From contig OY759353.1 of NCBI GenBank assembly GCA_963662315.1, positions 2,432,001-2,496,000 on the forward strand: 64,000 bases of DNA, given 5' to 3'. Every line of letters begins with the position of its first letter. Position 1 is the first letter of the stretch. Under the pieces are notes generated by a model. That model saw only the letters and a list, made by a program, of their open reading frames with translations. It had not been told where the DNA came from and ran no database searches. The position numbers and the translations under genes were made by a program. This stretch comes from Geopsychrobacteraceae bacterium. GTDB lineage: Bacteria; Desulfobacterota; Desulfuromonadia; Desulfuromonadales; Geopsychrobacteraceae. Shown in pieces: positions 30,084 to 38,654 of the stretch.

Positions 30084-30861
30084 ACTGCTTGAATGTCAGA
30101 ACCTGAGCATCGACTTCCCAGGTGGGATTAAAGCCATCGATGATCTCAATCTGACTCTTAAGAGCGGAGAAACACTTGGCATTGTCGGTGAAAGCGGATC
30201 GGGGAAAACAACCTTGATCCGCACCTTTATCAATCTACCTGCAGCCGGAGCCCGGCAAATTGCCGGAAAACTGTATTTTGCCGGGCAGGATACCAGTTTA
30301 TTAAACGCTAACCAGTGGCGTTCCCTACGAGGAGCGCGCATTGCCATGATCTTTCAGAATCCAGGAGCAGCACTAAATCCGCTTCTTTCAATCGGGCATC
30401 AATTCGTAGCCACAATTCGTTACCATAAAGGGATAAGTCGAACTGAAGCCAAAACAATAGCCAGCCATGAGTTGAGCAGAATGAACCTTAAAGATTCTGA
30501 GCAAATTCTCAAAGCGCGTCCCTGGCAGCTCTCCGGAGGAATGAAACAGCGCGTAGCTATTGCCATGTCCCTGGCTTTAAACCCCGATATCATTCTGGCC
30601 GATGAGCCAACATCTGCCCTTGATGTCAATACTCAGGAAGCGATCATTGCCGAATTTCAACGCCGTCGCCAAGAGTTTGGTACCGCCATAATAATGGTCA
30701 GCCACAATATTTGTGCCTGTTCACGTATTGCCGATCGGCTACTGGTGATGAAAAATGGCAAGCAAATTGATCAGGATACGACTTTTAATATTCTCAACCG
30801 AAACATAGACAGTTATGCCGGTCAACTGCGCACGGCTATACCGTTATTGAAGGGACTTTAA
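30076..30861 (+). CDS. Peptide/nickel ABC transporter ATP-binding protein (NikD/DppD-like)
   Basis: GESGSGKT, LSGGMKQR, ADEPTSALD. ATG at 30076 overlaps the upstream stop. Confidence 0.9.
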   Translation: MTELLECQNLSIDFPGGIKAIDDLNLTLKSGETLGIVGESGSGKTTLIRTFINLPAAGARQIAGKLYFAGQDTSLLNANQWRSLRGARIAMIFQNPGAALNPLLSIGHQFVATIRYHKGISRTEAKTIASHELSRMNLKDSEQILKARPWQLSGGMKQRVAIAMSLALNPDIILADEPTSALDVNTQEAIIAEFQRRRQEFGTAIIMVSHNICACSRIADRLLVMKNGKQIDQDTTFNILNRNIDSYAGQLRTAIPLLKGL

Positions 30862-30862
30862 T

Positions 30863-31651
30863 GTGCAATCACACGAATTAATTCAGGTCAATAATATTAA
30901 TATCTTCTTCAATAAACGTGGCAACCGCAACCTCCATGTTCTGAAAGATTTATCCATGACCATTAACCGCGGGGAGTGCGTTGGCCTCGTCGGTGCCAGT
31001 GGCTGTGGAAAATCAACGCTAGCCAGGCTGCTATGTCGCCTGCACCAACCCCAGAGTGGTCAGCTCCGGTTACATAAGCGCGATATTTTCAGTTTTCAGG
31101 AATGGGACTATTTTCAGCAAGTCCAAATGGTTTTCCAGGATCCTTTGGCCAGTTTTCCGGCCCGCATGAAAGTGGCAGCCTTCCTGCTCGAACCGTTCCG
31201 CAACTTTCAACGCCCCGAATTTAAACAGGGCCGCCAATTTGCTACGACCTTATTGACTCAGGTTGGTCTCGATGAAAGTTATCTTGACCGTTTTCCAAAT
31301 CAACTCTCAGGCGGACAGCTACAGCGTATCGTCTTTGCCAGAGCCATTGGCCTTAATCCCGCGTTATTAATCTGTGATGAAGCAACATCAGCACTGGATG
31401 TTACTATTCAAGCCCAGATCGTTACTCTACTTTGCGATCTACAGCAACAGCATAGCTTTGGCTGCCTGTTCATCACTCATGACCTAGCTCTGGCCGAAAA
31501 CTTATGTGATACCATTCATGTCATGGCTGACGGTACCATCGTTGAAACCCTTAGCCAGGGTTATATCCTTAAAGAAGCTCGTCATCCTGTAACATATAAA
31601 ATGATTGAGGCCATCGAACTGCTGCATCAAAGGATGTCACCTGCAGCCTGA
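30863..31651 (+). CDS. Peptide/nickel ABC transporter ATP-binding protein (NikE/DppF-like)
   Basis: GASGCGKS, LSGGQLQR, CDEATSALD. Confidence 0.9.
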   Translation: MQSHELIQVNNINIFFNKRGNRNLHVLKDLSMTINRGECVGLVGASGCGKSTLARLLCRLHQPQSGQLRLHKRDIFSFQEWDYFQQVQMVFQDPLASFPARMKVAAFLLEPFRNFQRPEFKQGRQFATTLLTQVGLDESYLDRFPNQLSGGQLQRIVFARAIGLNPALLICDEATSALDVTIQAQIVTLLCDLQQQHSFGCLFITHDLALAENLCDTIHVMADGTIVETLSQGYILKEARHPVTYKMIEAIELLHQRMSPAA

Positions 31652-31678
31652 TGGCCTCATTATAGGGTTGTTAGGAAT

Positions 31679-32542
31679 TTACTTCGTTTGCAACCCACCT
31701 ATCAAACCGCGAATCGAAGCTTGTAGATCGGCTGGTAACAAAATAGTCTTGGCATTTTCACTTTCAGCCGATTTCTGAATCGCCTTGATGTAACTTTCAC
31801 CAAGCAGGTAGCCGATAGCAATTTCCTCATGCCCGGTACCTGCGGATTCCAGCACCAGTTGGAGCGCTGTTTTGGACGCTTCAGCCTGAACTTCTTTGGC
31901 TTTCGCGTCACGTTCTGCAGCAGCCAGACGGCCATCAGCCTCAAGAATTGCCGCTTCTTTATCACCTTCAGCACGGGTAACCGTAGCACGGCGTTGGCGC
32001 TCGGCAGCGGCCTGAGCTTCCATGGCCTGTTGCATGGTTGGCGAAGGGTTTATGTCCTGAATCTCAACACCACGCAGGTTAATCCCCCAATCAGCCAGGT
32101 CATCAGAAATACCAGCTTTCAGTTTCGCCTTGATCTGATCACGGGAACTCAAGGCATCATCAAGACGCATTTCACCAATGATGGAGCGCAATGTGGTCTG
32201 AACCAAATTCTGAATGGCCAGATGATAGTTTTCAATACCGTAAACCGCCTTTTCCGGCGAAAGAACATTGATGAAGGCAACAGCATTTACTGCCAGTACG
32301 GCATTATCCAGGGAAATACATTCCTGGCGCGCGGTATCAATGATTTGATCCTTGGTGCTGACCTTGTAAGCAACCGTATCAACATAGGGAATGATAATAT
32401 TCAGACCAGGATTCAGGGTTTTCTGAAATTTACCCAGTCGTTGTACAACAAATTTTGAGCCCTGGGGAACCAGACGCACCCCTAAAGAAATGGTGACAAT
32501 CACCAATATTGCAAACACAACCACAACCACTAAACCTGCCAT
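31679..32542 (-). CDS. SPFH/band 7 (QmcA/paraslipin-like) protein
   Basis: N-terminal TM, RLGKF..TL.PGL..IIPYVD, TTLRS.IG, WGI....VEIQDI, AAER.RRA. RBS GAAGGAG before ATG 32542. Confidence 0.9.
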   Translation of the reverse strand: MAGLVVVVVFAILVIVTISLGVRLVPQGSKFVVQRLGKFQKTLNPGLNIIIPYVDTVAYKVSTKDQIIDTARQECISLDNAVLAVNAVAFINVLSPEKAVYGIENYHLAIQNLVQTTLRSIIGEMRLDDALSSRDQIKAKLKAGISDDLADWGINLRGVEIQDINPSPTMQQAMEAQAAAERQRRATVTRAEGDKEAAILEADGRLAAAERDAKAKEVQAEASKTALQLVLESAGTGHEEIAIGYLLGESYIKAIQKSAESENAKTILLPADLQASIRGLIGGLQTK

Positions 32543-32585
32543 AAAAACTCCTTCGTCATGTAAAACCATTCTCCAAAATGGCCAG

Positions 32586-33065
32586 TTATTTGAGCTCTGC
32601 CCCCCGATTCACTGTCGGTTCAACCAACAGAGCGTTCCCCAATACGTCTTTAACCATAACCGTATCACCAAGCCGCAGCGGTGATTGAGACAGGCAGGGC
32701 CAGGTATCGGTTCCTAATAAGGGCACACTGAAACGTACCTCACCGCGCTCACCCTGCCCGGTCGGCGCTTTAGTGATCAGACCACGCTCGCCGACCACAG
32801 CTTCACGTGATAAACCTGCCTTGGTCCTGTCCTTGGCCATGGGCCGAATCCATTTGAACCAGCCAAAGGCAAACAGAATGGAAAAGACGATCCAGACAAA
32901 TAACGACCAGGTCAGATCCATATGTATGCCGATAAAAGAGAGCAGCCCCATCAGTAGCGCTGCCAGGCCAAACCAGAAGATGGTAAAAGATGGAATAAAT
33001 ATTTCTGCCAGGACCAGGACCATCCCGAACACCAGCCAATGCCAATAAAGTATCTGAAAATCCAA
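32586..33065 (-). CDS. NfeD family protein (YbbJ-like)
   Basis: W.WL..G..L.LAE..IP.F...WFG plus a C-terminal OB-like domain. Canonical partner upstream of SPFH. Confidence 0.88.
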   Translation of the reverse strand: MDFQILYWHWLVFGMVLVLAEIFIPSFTIFWFGLAALLMGLLSFIGIHMDLTWSLFVWIVFSILFAFGWFKWIRPMAKDRTKAGLSREAVVGERGLITKAPTGQGERGEVRFSVPLLGTDTWPCLSQSPLRLGDTVMVKDVLGNALLVEPTVNRGAELK

Positions 33066-33091
33066 GTGAATGTCCTTTCTTCAGACAAGAC

Positions 33092-33128
33092 AAAAAAACC
33101 GCTCTTCCGAAGAGAACGGAACAGCGGC
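33092..33128 (-). terminator. Intrinsic terminator about 27 nt upstream of nfeD
   Basis: GCCGCTGTTCCG-TTCTCTT-CGGAAGAGCGGT TTTTTT. Confidence 0.7.
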
Positions 33129-33259
33129 TACATGCAGCACAGGATATGACTTATTCCTGTACAGCCTCCCCCGTTAGGGAAGTAACTTTAACATTGTCGA
33201 GGCTAATTGACCAGTCTGATTAACAAAACAGACTCATTCTCGTGTACAAAGTAATTCCT

Positions 33260-33592
33260 CTACCAACGCAAGGGACCGTGATAAAGCTCACAACGACGAC
33301 GGCAGTGGCCATGGCGCTGCAAAGCGACCAGCCCCTCTTCCACCTCTGTCCACGATCTGCGGCAATAGATGGTTGGCAGACTGCGTTGTTTTGCCTGTTT
33401 TTTAATACTTTTTGCCATATTGTGACTCAGGTAATTCGTACAACATATGATCAGATCCGCCTTTTTCGGAATCGTTGCCAGGGCGCTTCGATGATTTCTG
33501 GCTGTCCAATGAACTATCTCCTTAGCACCCCACTCCTCTAACCGAGGAGCAAAAGAGTCAATTCGGTCTGCTCCCACAATCAACACAGTCAT
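33260..33592 (-). CDS. DUF2325 domain protein
   Basis: MTVLIVGAD...HW.AR...IP...DLII..TNYLSHN....IK..AK...P. RBS GGAG before ATG 33592. Confidence 0.82.
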   Translation of the reverse strand: MTVLIVGADRIDSFAPRLEEWGAKEIVHWTARNHRSALATIPKKADLIICCTNYLSHNMAKSIKKQAKQRSLPTIYCRRSWTEVEEGLVALQRHGHCRRRCELYHGPLRW

Positions 33593-33649
33593 AAGTAATC
33601 TCCAAATACAATAATGGTCCGCCCTGTTAACAGGACGGACCACGCTCTC

Positions 33650-34144
33650 TTAAGCGGACATTTCACTTGCCAGCAACTTACACCAGGCTTCGATCCGCTC
33701 ATCACTTAGGCCATCCTGATTGTCGGCGTCAAGAGGAAGGCCATTGAAATAATCATCTTCCAAAGCTTCCGAGGTCAGACACTCATAACCTTCAGCTGGC
33801 CACTTGCCGATCAGCTCAGCACCGGCAGCCCGAACTGCCGCCCCCAGCTTGCCCATAGCATCAACAAAGGTATCCGGATAACCCACCTGGTCTCCGAGTC
33901 CGAACAAGGCAACCTTTTTACCCGCCAGGGAGCTGCTTTCGAGTTCAGCAATGGCTCCTTCCCAGTCGTCCTGCAAATCACCTAGGCCCCAGGTCGAACT
34001 CCCCAGAATCAAGACATCGTAATCTTCAAAGGAATTGATCTCGGTTACAGCCTTTACCTCAGCCTGATCAAACATAAGACCAATTTTTTCTGCGGCTTGC
34101 TGCGTATTTCCTGTCGTACTGCCATATATGATTCCAATTTTCAT
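33650..34144 (-). CDS. fldA: Long-chain flavodoxin
   Basis: YGSTTGNT, GSSTWGLGDLQDDW, FGLGDQ.GY...F.DA. Confidence 0.93.
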   Translation of the reverse strand: MKIGIIYGSTTGNTQQAAEKIGLMFDQAEVKAVTEINSFEDYDVLILGSSTWGLGDLQDDWEGAIAELESSSLAGKKVALFGLGDQVGYPDTFVDAMGKLGAAVRAAGAELIGKWPAEGYECLTSEALEDDYFNGLPLDADNQDGLSDERIEAWCKLLASEMSA

Positions 34145-34165
34145 CGTTGAACCTCCAATCGATTT

Positions 34166-34180
34166 TGATATCCGTTTTCA
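34166..34180. promoter_or_regulatory. Putative Fur box upstream of flavodoxin
   Basis: 7-1-7 element TGATATC-C-GTTTTCA about 21 nt before the ATG. Similar elements at 35845 and 37130. Confidence 0.55.
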
Positions 34181-34207
34181 TTTATACTCTCAACAGATGC
34201 TCCCGTC

Positions 34208-34223
34208 TGTGACATCCATCACA
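34208..34223. promoter_or_regulatory. Crp/HcpR-type box TGTGA-N6-TCACA
   Basis: TGTGA CATCCA TCACA, perfect half-sites, next to a Crp/Fnr regulator gene. Confidence 0.65.
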
Positions 34224-34406
34224 ACTTCTCTAAAAAATTTCCGGTCTGTTAATGCTGTAAACAAGCATTCCGATGCGCAGAGAAAGTATGTCTTTAAGTG
34301 ATACAACAGGTATTTATACAGTGAAAAATGCGGATAAACAGCTGAAGAAAAAAAGAAACGACTAAGAATCGAGCAGTATAGTTTTCAACGCAAAGACTCA
34401 GGAAGA

Positions 34407-35126
34407 CTAGGCACCATTACAGCGGCATTCACAATCATCTTCGTCAAGCATACTCTCGAGCAGAGCAATGTCGGCAACTTGGACGATTCCACGCTGATAA
34501 GAGACCCCTCCCCTGCCGATCAGACGCTGCAGAGACCGGGTAAATGTTTCCCGGGCAATCCCAAGTTCCTGAGCCGTCATACCAACAGGGCGAACATCGA
34601 TGTGGGCCGCATGACAGCTACTGTTGTTCAAGCTATTTCTGATTTTATGCAAAAGATAGGCAGCAACTTTGGTATCCGCCTTACAACAGCGTGACAGGGT
34701 ACGCATTTCCCTTTCCTGTTCGACCTCGCACGCCATATGTTGAAGCAAATTCCGTTGAAATACCGCCTCGCCTGTTAATAGGTTGCGCACTTTTTCCCTA
34801 GGCCAGAAACAGATTTCCGTAGTCCCCGAACTGACCATCTCACCACCGCAGGTATGTCCGGTAATAAACGATGATAGAAAAAAGAAATCCCCTGCCCCCA
34901 CTTTCCCCATAATGCACTCCTGACCGTCAGGAGCAGGATGGACCATGCGCATCTCACCCGAAATGATAAGAAATAGCCGTTCCGCCAGCTCGTCCTGGCC
35001 AACCCGGCCAAAACGCCCCTTCAACAGACGCAGACGTCCATTATCAGCAACCTCTCGCAAAATGGCGGGCGAAACACCTTGCATCAAAGGAGAACGGCAC
35101 AAAGAAGTATAGATATGATCATTCAT
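34407..35126 (-). CDS. Crp/Fnr family transcriptional regulator
   Basis: cNMP-like beta-roll (LFLIISGEM, G.GDFF) and HTH AQELGIARETFTR. Cys-rich C-terminus. Confidence 0.85.
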   Translation of the reverse strand: MNDHIYTSLCRSPLMQGVSPAILREVADNGRLRLLKGRFGRVGQDELAERLFLIISGEMRMVHPAPDGQECIMGKVGAGDFFFLSSFITGHTCGGEMVSSGTTEICFWPREKVRNLLTGEAVFQRNLLQHMACEVEQEREMRTLSRCCKADTKVAAYLLHKIRNSLNNSSCHAAHIDVRPVGMTAQELGIARETFTRSLQRLIGRGGVSYQRGIVQVADIALLESMLDEDDCECRCNGA

Positions 35127-35130
35127 AACA

Positions 35131-35826
35131 CTATGCTGCTTCCAACAGGGTTCGCGGCGAAGCGCCCGCGACCAACCGGGCCGTCACTTGACGCCGGTTA
35201 TCGCAAAAATAACGATACAGCTTCAGGCTACGCGCTGGAGGACCATAGATTCGCCACAAGCAGCGACCTTCCCAGGTCGGGGCCTGACCATCAGCAAATC
35301 CGCGCACATCTTTTGCTGGATAGCCGAGGAAGAAACCGACCTCATCAGGTGATTCATAATGGCTGAAGCGATAAGTCAAATATTGCAGACTGCTTTCAAG
35401 ACAATCAGGTGCAGGATAATTACACCTCTTCAGAAAAGACTGCATGGTCATGCCTTGCAGACGTTTTTCAAGCAGTTCATGCCGGTACAACAGCAACGAT
35501 ACGCCATCACTATCTTCACGCAGAACCGCAACAGACAAAACACTGCCTGCTAAAACCTCCAAACCATACTGACGCCACAACCTGAAGATGGAACGACCAC
35601 AGGGCAACTCTCTATTGACGATGCGGATCAAATTTGCCGGTTTCGCCCCGGCAATAACTTCGGCGGCTGAAGCGACCAAAAATGTCTCAAGACATTCCCG
35701 AGGTGCGGGACAAAGACCAACGAGATCAACCCAGGTCAACTCACGCTCAACCGCTTCCTGCTTAAGCTTACAAATAGAACCCTCTGTTTGAGATCGGCAA
35801 CAGCCGGAATTCTTATTATTCATCAA
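35131..35826 (-). CDS. DUF3793 family protein
   Basis: A.VIAG.KPANL and PDEVGFFLGYP..DV.GF...W..Y motifs. Confidence 0.82.
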   Translation of the reverse strand: MMNNKNSGCCRSQTEGSICKLKQEAVERELTWVDLVGLCPAPRECLETFLVASAAEVIAGAKPANLIRIVNRELPCGRSIFRLWRQYGLEVLAGSVLSVAVLREDSDGVSLLLYRHELLEKRLQGMTMQSFLKRCNYPAPDCLESSLQYLTYRFSHYESPDEVGFFLGYPAKDVRGFADGQAPTWEGRCLWRIYGPPARSLKLYRYFCDNRRQVTARLVAGASPRTLLEAA

Positions 35827-35839
35827 TCCATCTCTTTAG

Positions 35840-35859
35840 GAAATTGAAAACCATTATCA
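35840..35859. promoter_or_regulatory. Putative Fur box upstream of DUF3793-crp operon
   Basis: GAAATTGAAAACCATTATC matches 15 of 19 positions of GATAATGATAATCATTATC. Confidence 0.65.
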
Positions 35860-35959
35860 TGTTCTAAATAAACATTTAAGAAAAATCAAGATTTTTAACA
35901 TTATAGATACAATACCACAGCTGCCCTTGTGAGTCTCCTCTACCTAGGCCAGGTCGGGG

Positions 35960-37015
35960 CTAAAAAGCAAGAGCAAGCTGGCAAAGAACTGATTCTGCAG
36001 TCTCTCCACTGCCGCCTTTGTTTATGGCGTAGTCATCATCCTGAGAGAGCTCTACAGCGATAGACAGCTCTGTTGTTATTTCATAATTCGCAGACACCAG
36101 CCAACGCTCTTCCGGTAAACCCAGAAACGCTGCTTCTCGCGTCCCTTGATACCCCAAGGCGACAGATGCCGCATGATCATTCACCATAAAACGGTAGGAT
36201 ACTTCAACATTCCACGTGGCTGGTTGGTCATTACTGTCCGCAAGATAATCATCATCCAATGCCGCCAGATACTCACCAACGAAAGAAAAATCCGCGATGC
36301 CGACAATAATACTCCCTGTTGCTCCGGCAGTATAATCTTCAACCGTATCCAAAGTTTCGGAAAAGCCCCCCGAGGCATTGAGGTTACTGATATATCCAGC
36401 GATTATATCTGCACTGAAAGAATCGCCAGCAAACTGATAACCAAGGGAGAGCCCCCAGGAATCGACCATATCATCGGCTTTTCCCGTTTTAGTGACATCG
36501 CTATTAAAGGCGAATATACTGCCGTGAAACCCCGCTCCGGAAAGATCAATCGTTACGGCCCCTTCCCTGACCTCCCCCAGTTCAAGGGTTAAAGGATCAC
36601 TGATCATATTCGTCTCGAAGACCCCAAAAGGGACATATAACTTACCCGCGGTTATCTGGTAGTGAAGAGCTTCCAGGTTCCCCAGAGTGATACCACCTTC
36701 ATCTACAAAAACCCCTTCCTCGCCATCTTCTTCCCATTTCAAGACGGCAAAGCCTGCGACCATGTCATTGAGCCCGGCCTCAATACCGATCTCGACATTG
36801 GTCAAATCAAGATCACTGGTCCGCGCGCCGTCATAATCATCGGTGTAGCTCGCTTCAACTTCGATAACACCTGAGATATCCACTCTGGACAACCATGTCG
36901 CTTCCATCTGTTGCTCCAGAGCACTGACCCGCTCCGCAATACTACTGTCTGCGGCACCTGCCATGTTTGCGAACAAAACAACCAACAAAACCCCACTCAA
37001 AACAACTGCCTTCAT
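35960..37015 (-). CDS. LbtU-family outer membrane porin (putative iron/siderophore uptake)
   Basis: Signal peptide, short coiled coil, SG.IEVEA, GKLYVPFG.FET..ISDPLTLELGE, terminal QLALAF. Confidence 0.75.
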   Translation of the reverse strand: MKAVVLSGVLLVVLFANMAGAADSSIAERVSALEQQMEATWLSRVDISGVIEVEASYTDDYDGARTSDLDLTNVEIGIEAGLNDMVAGFAVLKWEEDGEEGVFVDEGGITLGNLEALHYQITAGKLYVPFGVFETNMISDPLTLELGEVREGAVTIDLSGAGFHGSIFAFNSDVTKTGKADDMVDSWGLSLGYQFAGDSFSADIIAGYISNLNASGGFSETLDTVEDYTAGATGSIIVGIADFSFVGEYLAALDDDYLADSNDQPATWNVEVSYRFMVNDHAASVALGYQGTREAAFLGLPEERWLVSANYEITTELSIAVELSQDDDYAINKGGSGETAESVLCQLALAF

Positions 37016-37099
37016 GTTTAATGACCTTTCTTCAACAAACTCATCTGGTTATTGTCAATATTTATGCCAGGCAAATTAGGCGATGTTCGCAAAGAAAAC

Positions 37100-37115
37100 T
37101 GTGACAAGAATCACA
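37100..37115. promoter_or_regulatory. Crp/HcpR-type box TGTGA-N6-TCACA
   Basis: TGTGA CAAGAA TCACA upstream of the porin. Confidence 0.65.
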
Positions 37116-37129
37116 AAGGTTAATTATTT

Positions 37130-37144
37130 TGATTTTCGTTTTCA
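37130..37144. promoter_or_regulatory. Putative Fur box upstream of the porin
   Basis: TGATTTT-C-GTTTTCA, nearly the same as the flavodoxin element including the TTT flanks. Confidence 0.55.
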
Positions 37145-37247
37145 TTTTTATGGTGCTCGGTTCAGAATTAATATTTTACTGGCATTAAGCCTATCCATAA
37201 GGTATCTGTTGCAGTTACATAAATTGCATTTCCAAGAGAAGGACAAA

Positions 37248-38075
37248 ATGATCACAGCAGGTAATTTTCATAAATTAAGAATCCTCCGAATCGACCATTC
37301 CGGAGCCTGGCTTGAAGCAGAAGACCAGGAGATTCTACTCCCACGTAAAGAATGTCCTGCGGAGATTGCTCCAGGGGTTGAAGTCGAGGTTTTTATTTAT
37401 GTCGACCGTAATCAGCAGATACTGGCAACCCGCAAAAAACCAGTTGCCAAGGTCGGAGAATTTGCGCTGCTCCAAGTGACCAGCATTGGCCCTCATGGAG
37501 CTTTTCTTGATTGGGGAATAGGCAAGGACCTGTTGGCTCCATTTAACGAACAAACCCAAAAAATGCTTGAAGGGCGACGCTATCTGGTCCGCATTCTCCA
37601 TGACAAACAGCAGCGCCCCATTGCCTCAAGTAAAATCGACAGATTTCTGCTTGCGGAAAATCATGACTTAACCCAGGGCGACGAAGTTGAAGTGATCATT
37701 TGGGCCTTTACTGACCTAGGGGCCAAAGTCATCATCAATAACACTTATGAAGGCCTGATTTACCAGACCGACCTGCCCCCCCATCTGAAAAAGGGCGACT
37801 TGATAACCGCGTATGTCGGTAGAGTTCGTGACGATGGCAAACTGGATGTAGTGCTGCATCGCACCGGCGCTGCCGGACGCGATGATGCCAGGGAAGTTCT
37901 TCTCGACGCACTCACCACATCCGGTTTTCTACCGCTCCATGATCAAAGCCCGCCGGAATTAATCCGCAGCCGCCTGGGCCTGAGCAAGAAGGCATTTAAA
38001 AAAGCGACCGGCATGCTCTATAAAGAAGGATTCATTGAACTGACACATCAGGGGATTAAGCTGCTGAAAAAATAA
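37248..38075 (+). CDS. cvfB: CvfB family S1 RNA-binding protein
   Basis: GAFLDWG..KDLL.P..EQ, TDLG.K.II, SKKAFKKA.G.LYK. RBS GAAGGA before ATG 37248. Confidence 0.85.
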   Translation: MITAGNFHKLRILRIDHSGAWLEAEDQEILLPRKECPAEIAPGVEVEVFIYVDRNQQILATRKKPVAKVGEFALLQVTSIGPHGAFLDWGIGKDLLAPFNEQTQKMLEGRRYLVRILHDKQQRPIASSKIDRFLLAENHDLTQGDEVEVIIWAFTDLGAKVIINNTYEGLIYQTDLPPHLKKGDLITAYVGRVRDDGKLDVVLHRTGAAGRDDAREVLLDALTTSGFLPLHDQSPPELIRSRLGLSKKAFKKATGMLYKEGFIELTHQGIKLLKK

Positions 38076-38076
38076 C

Positions 38077-38481
38077 TCAGCGGGCGTCCAGTACCTTGGT
38101 AATTTCCACTGGCAATTCAGGCCGCCCTTTAGCATTCAGGGCGGTTCCAATCAAATTTGCCTTCAGGATCAATTTTTTTTCCGGCAACGAGTAAATGTCC
38201 TGGCGAAAGCTGAACCGTAATGGGGTAATCCGATCCATAATAAGTCCCACCATGAAACGATCACCACTGAGCAGCGAGCGCTTATAATCAATTTCAGCTT
38301 TAATAATAATCAGGTTGATGCCCCTGTTGAGAAAATCAGTAAACCCAAGGCCTAGAGACTTCAGGTATTCATGCCGACAATGTTCAAGATAGTTCAGATA
38401 AGCGGCATGGTTCACATGCTGGTTCATGTCGCATTCATAGTCACGAACGGCAAACTCCAGGACAAATGGGTAGTCTTTCAT
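38077..38481 (-). CDS. Acyl-CoA thioesterase (YbgC/4HBT family)
   Basis: VRDYECD...HVNHA.YL.YLE..R. Confidence 0.85.
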   Translation of the reverse strand: MKDYPFVLEFAVRDYECDMNQHVNHAAYLNYLEHCRHEYLKSLGLGFTDFLNRGINLIIIKAEIDYKRSLLSGDRFMVGLIMDRITPLRFSFRQDIYSLPEKKLILKANLIGTALNAKGRPELPVEITKVLDAR

Positions 38482-38600
38482 TTCGCTCTCCTTCGCTGAA
38501 TCTCCCGGCATTCAGCCACAGGCTTGTCAGAAAAGCAACATTTCCGATCAGTGCAGGGAATTTTGCTTACGGTAAACTTACGGTAAAAAATAGTTCTTTA

Positions 38601-38625
38601 TTCTTGACAGTAACAGTAGAGATTC
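38601..38625. promoter_or_regulatory. Possible Rrf2/IscR-type autoregulatory site
   Basis: TTCTTGACAGTAACAGTAGAGATT resembles the IscR type-1 pattern (TTGAC...AGT) and overlaps a TTGACA -35. Confidence 0.35.
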
Positions 38626-38654
38626 TTATATTTTTCTATAAGGAGATTATCACT

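Noticed and set aside
37054..37069. Possible sigma-54 promoter TGGCATAAATATTGA upstream of the porin
   Set aside because: The conserved GC at -12 is missing and no enhancer-binding protein is nearby.
37083..37247. N-terminal extensions in the ORF track for cvfB, Rrf2 (38466), MATE (25301), 44154 and dctP (56863)
   Set aside because: Downstream ATGs fit the family N-termini and mostly have clear RBS. The extensions run through promoters or other genes.
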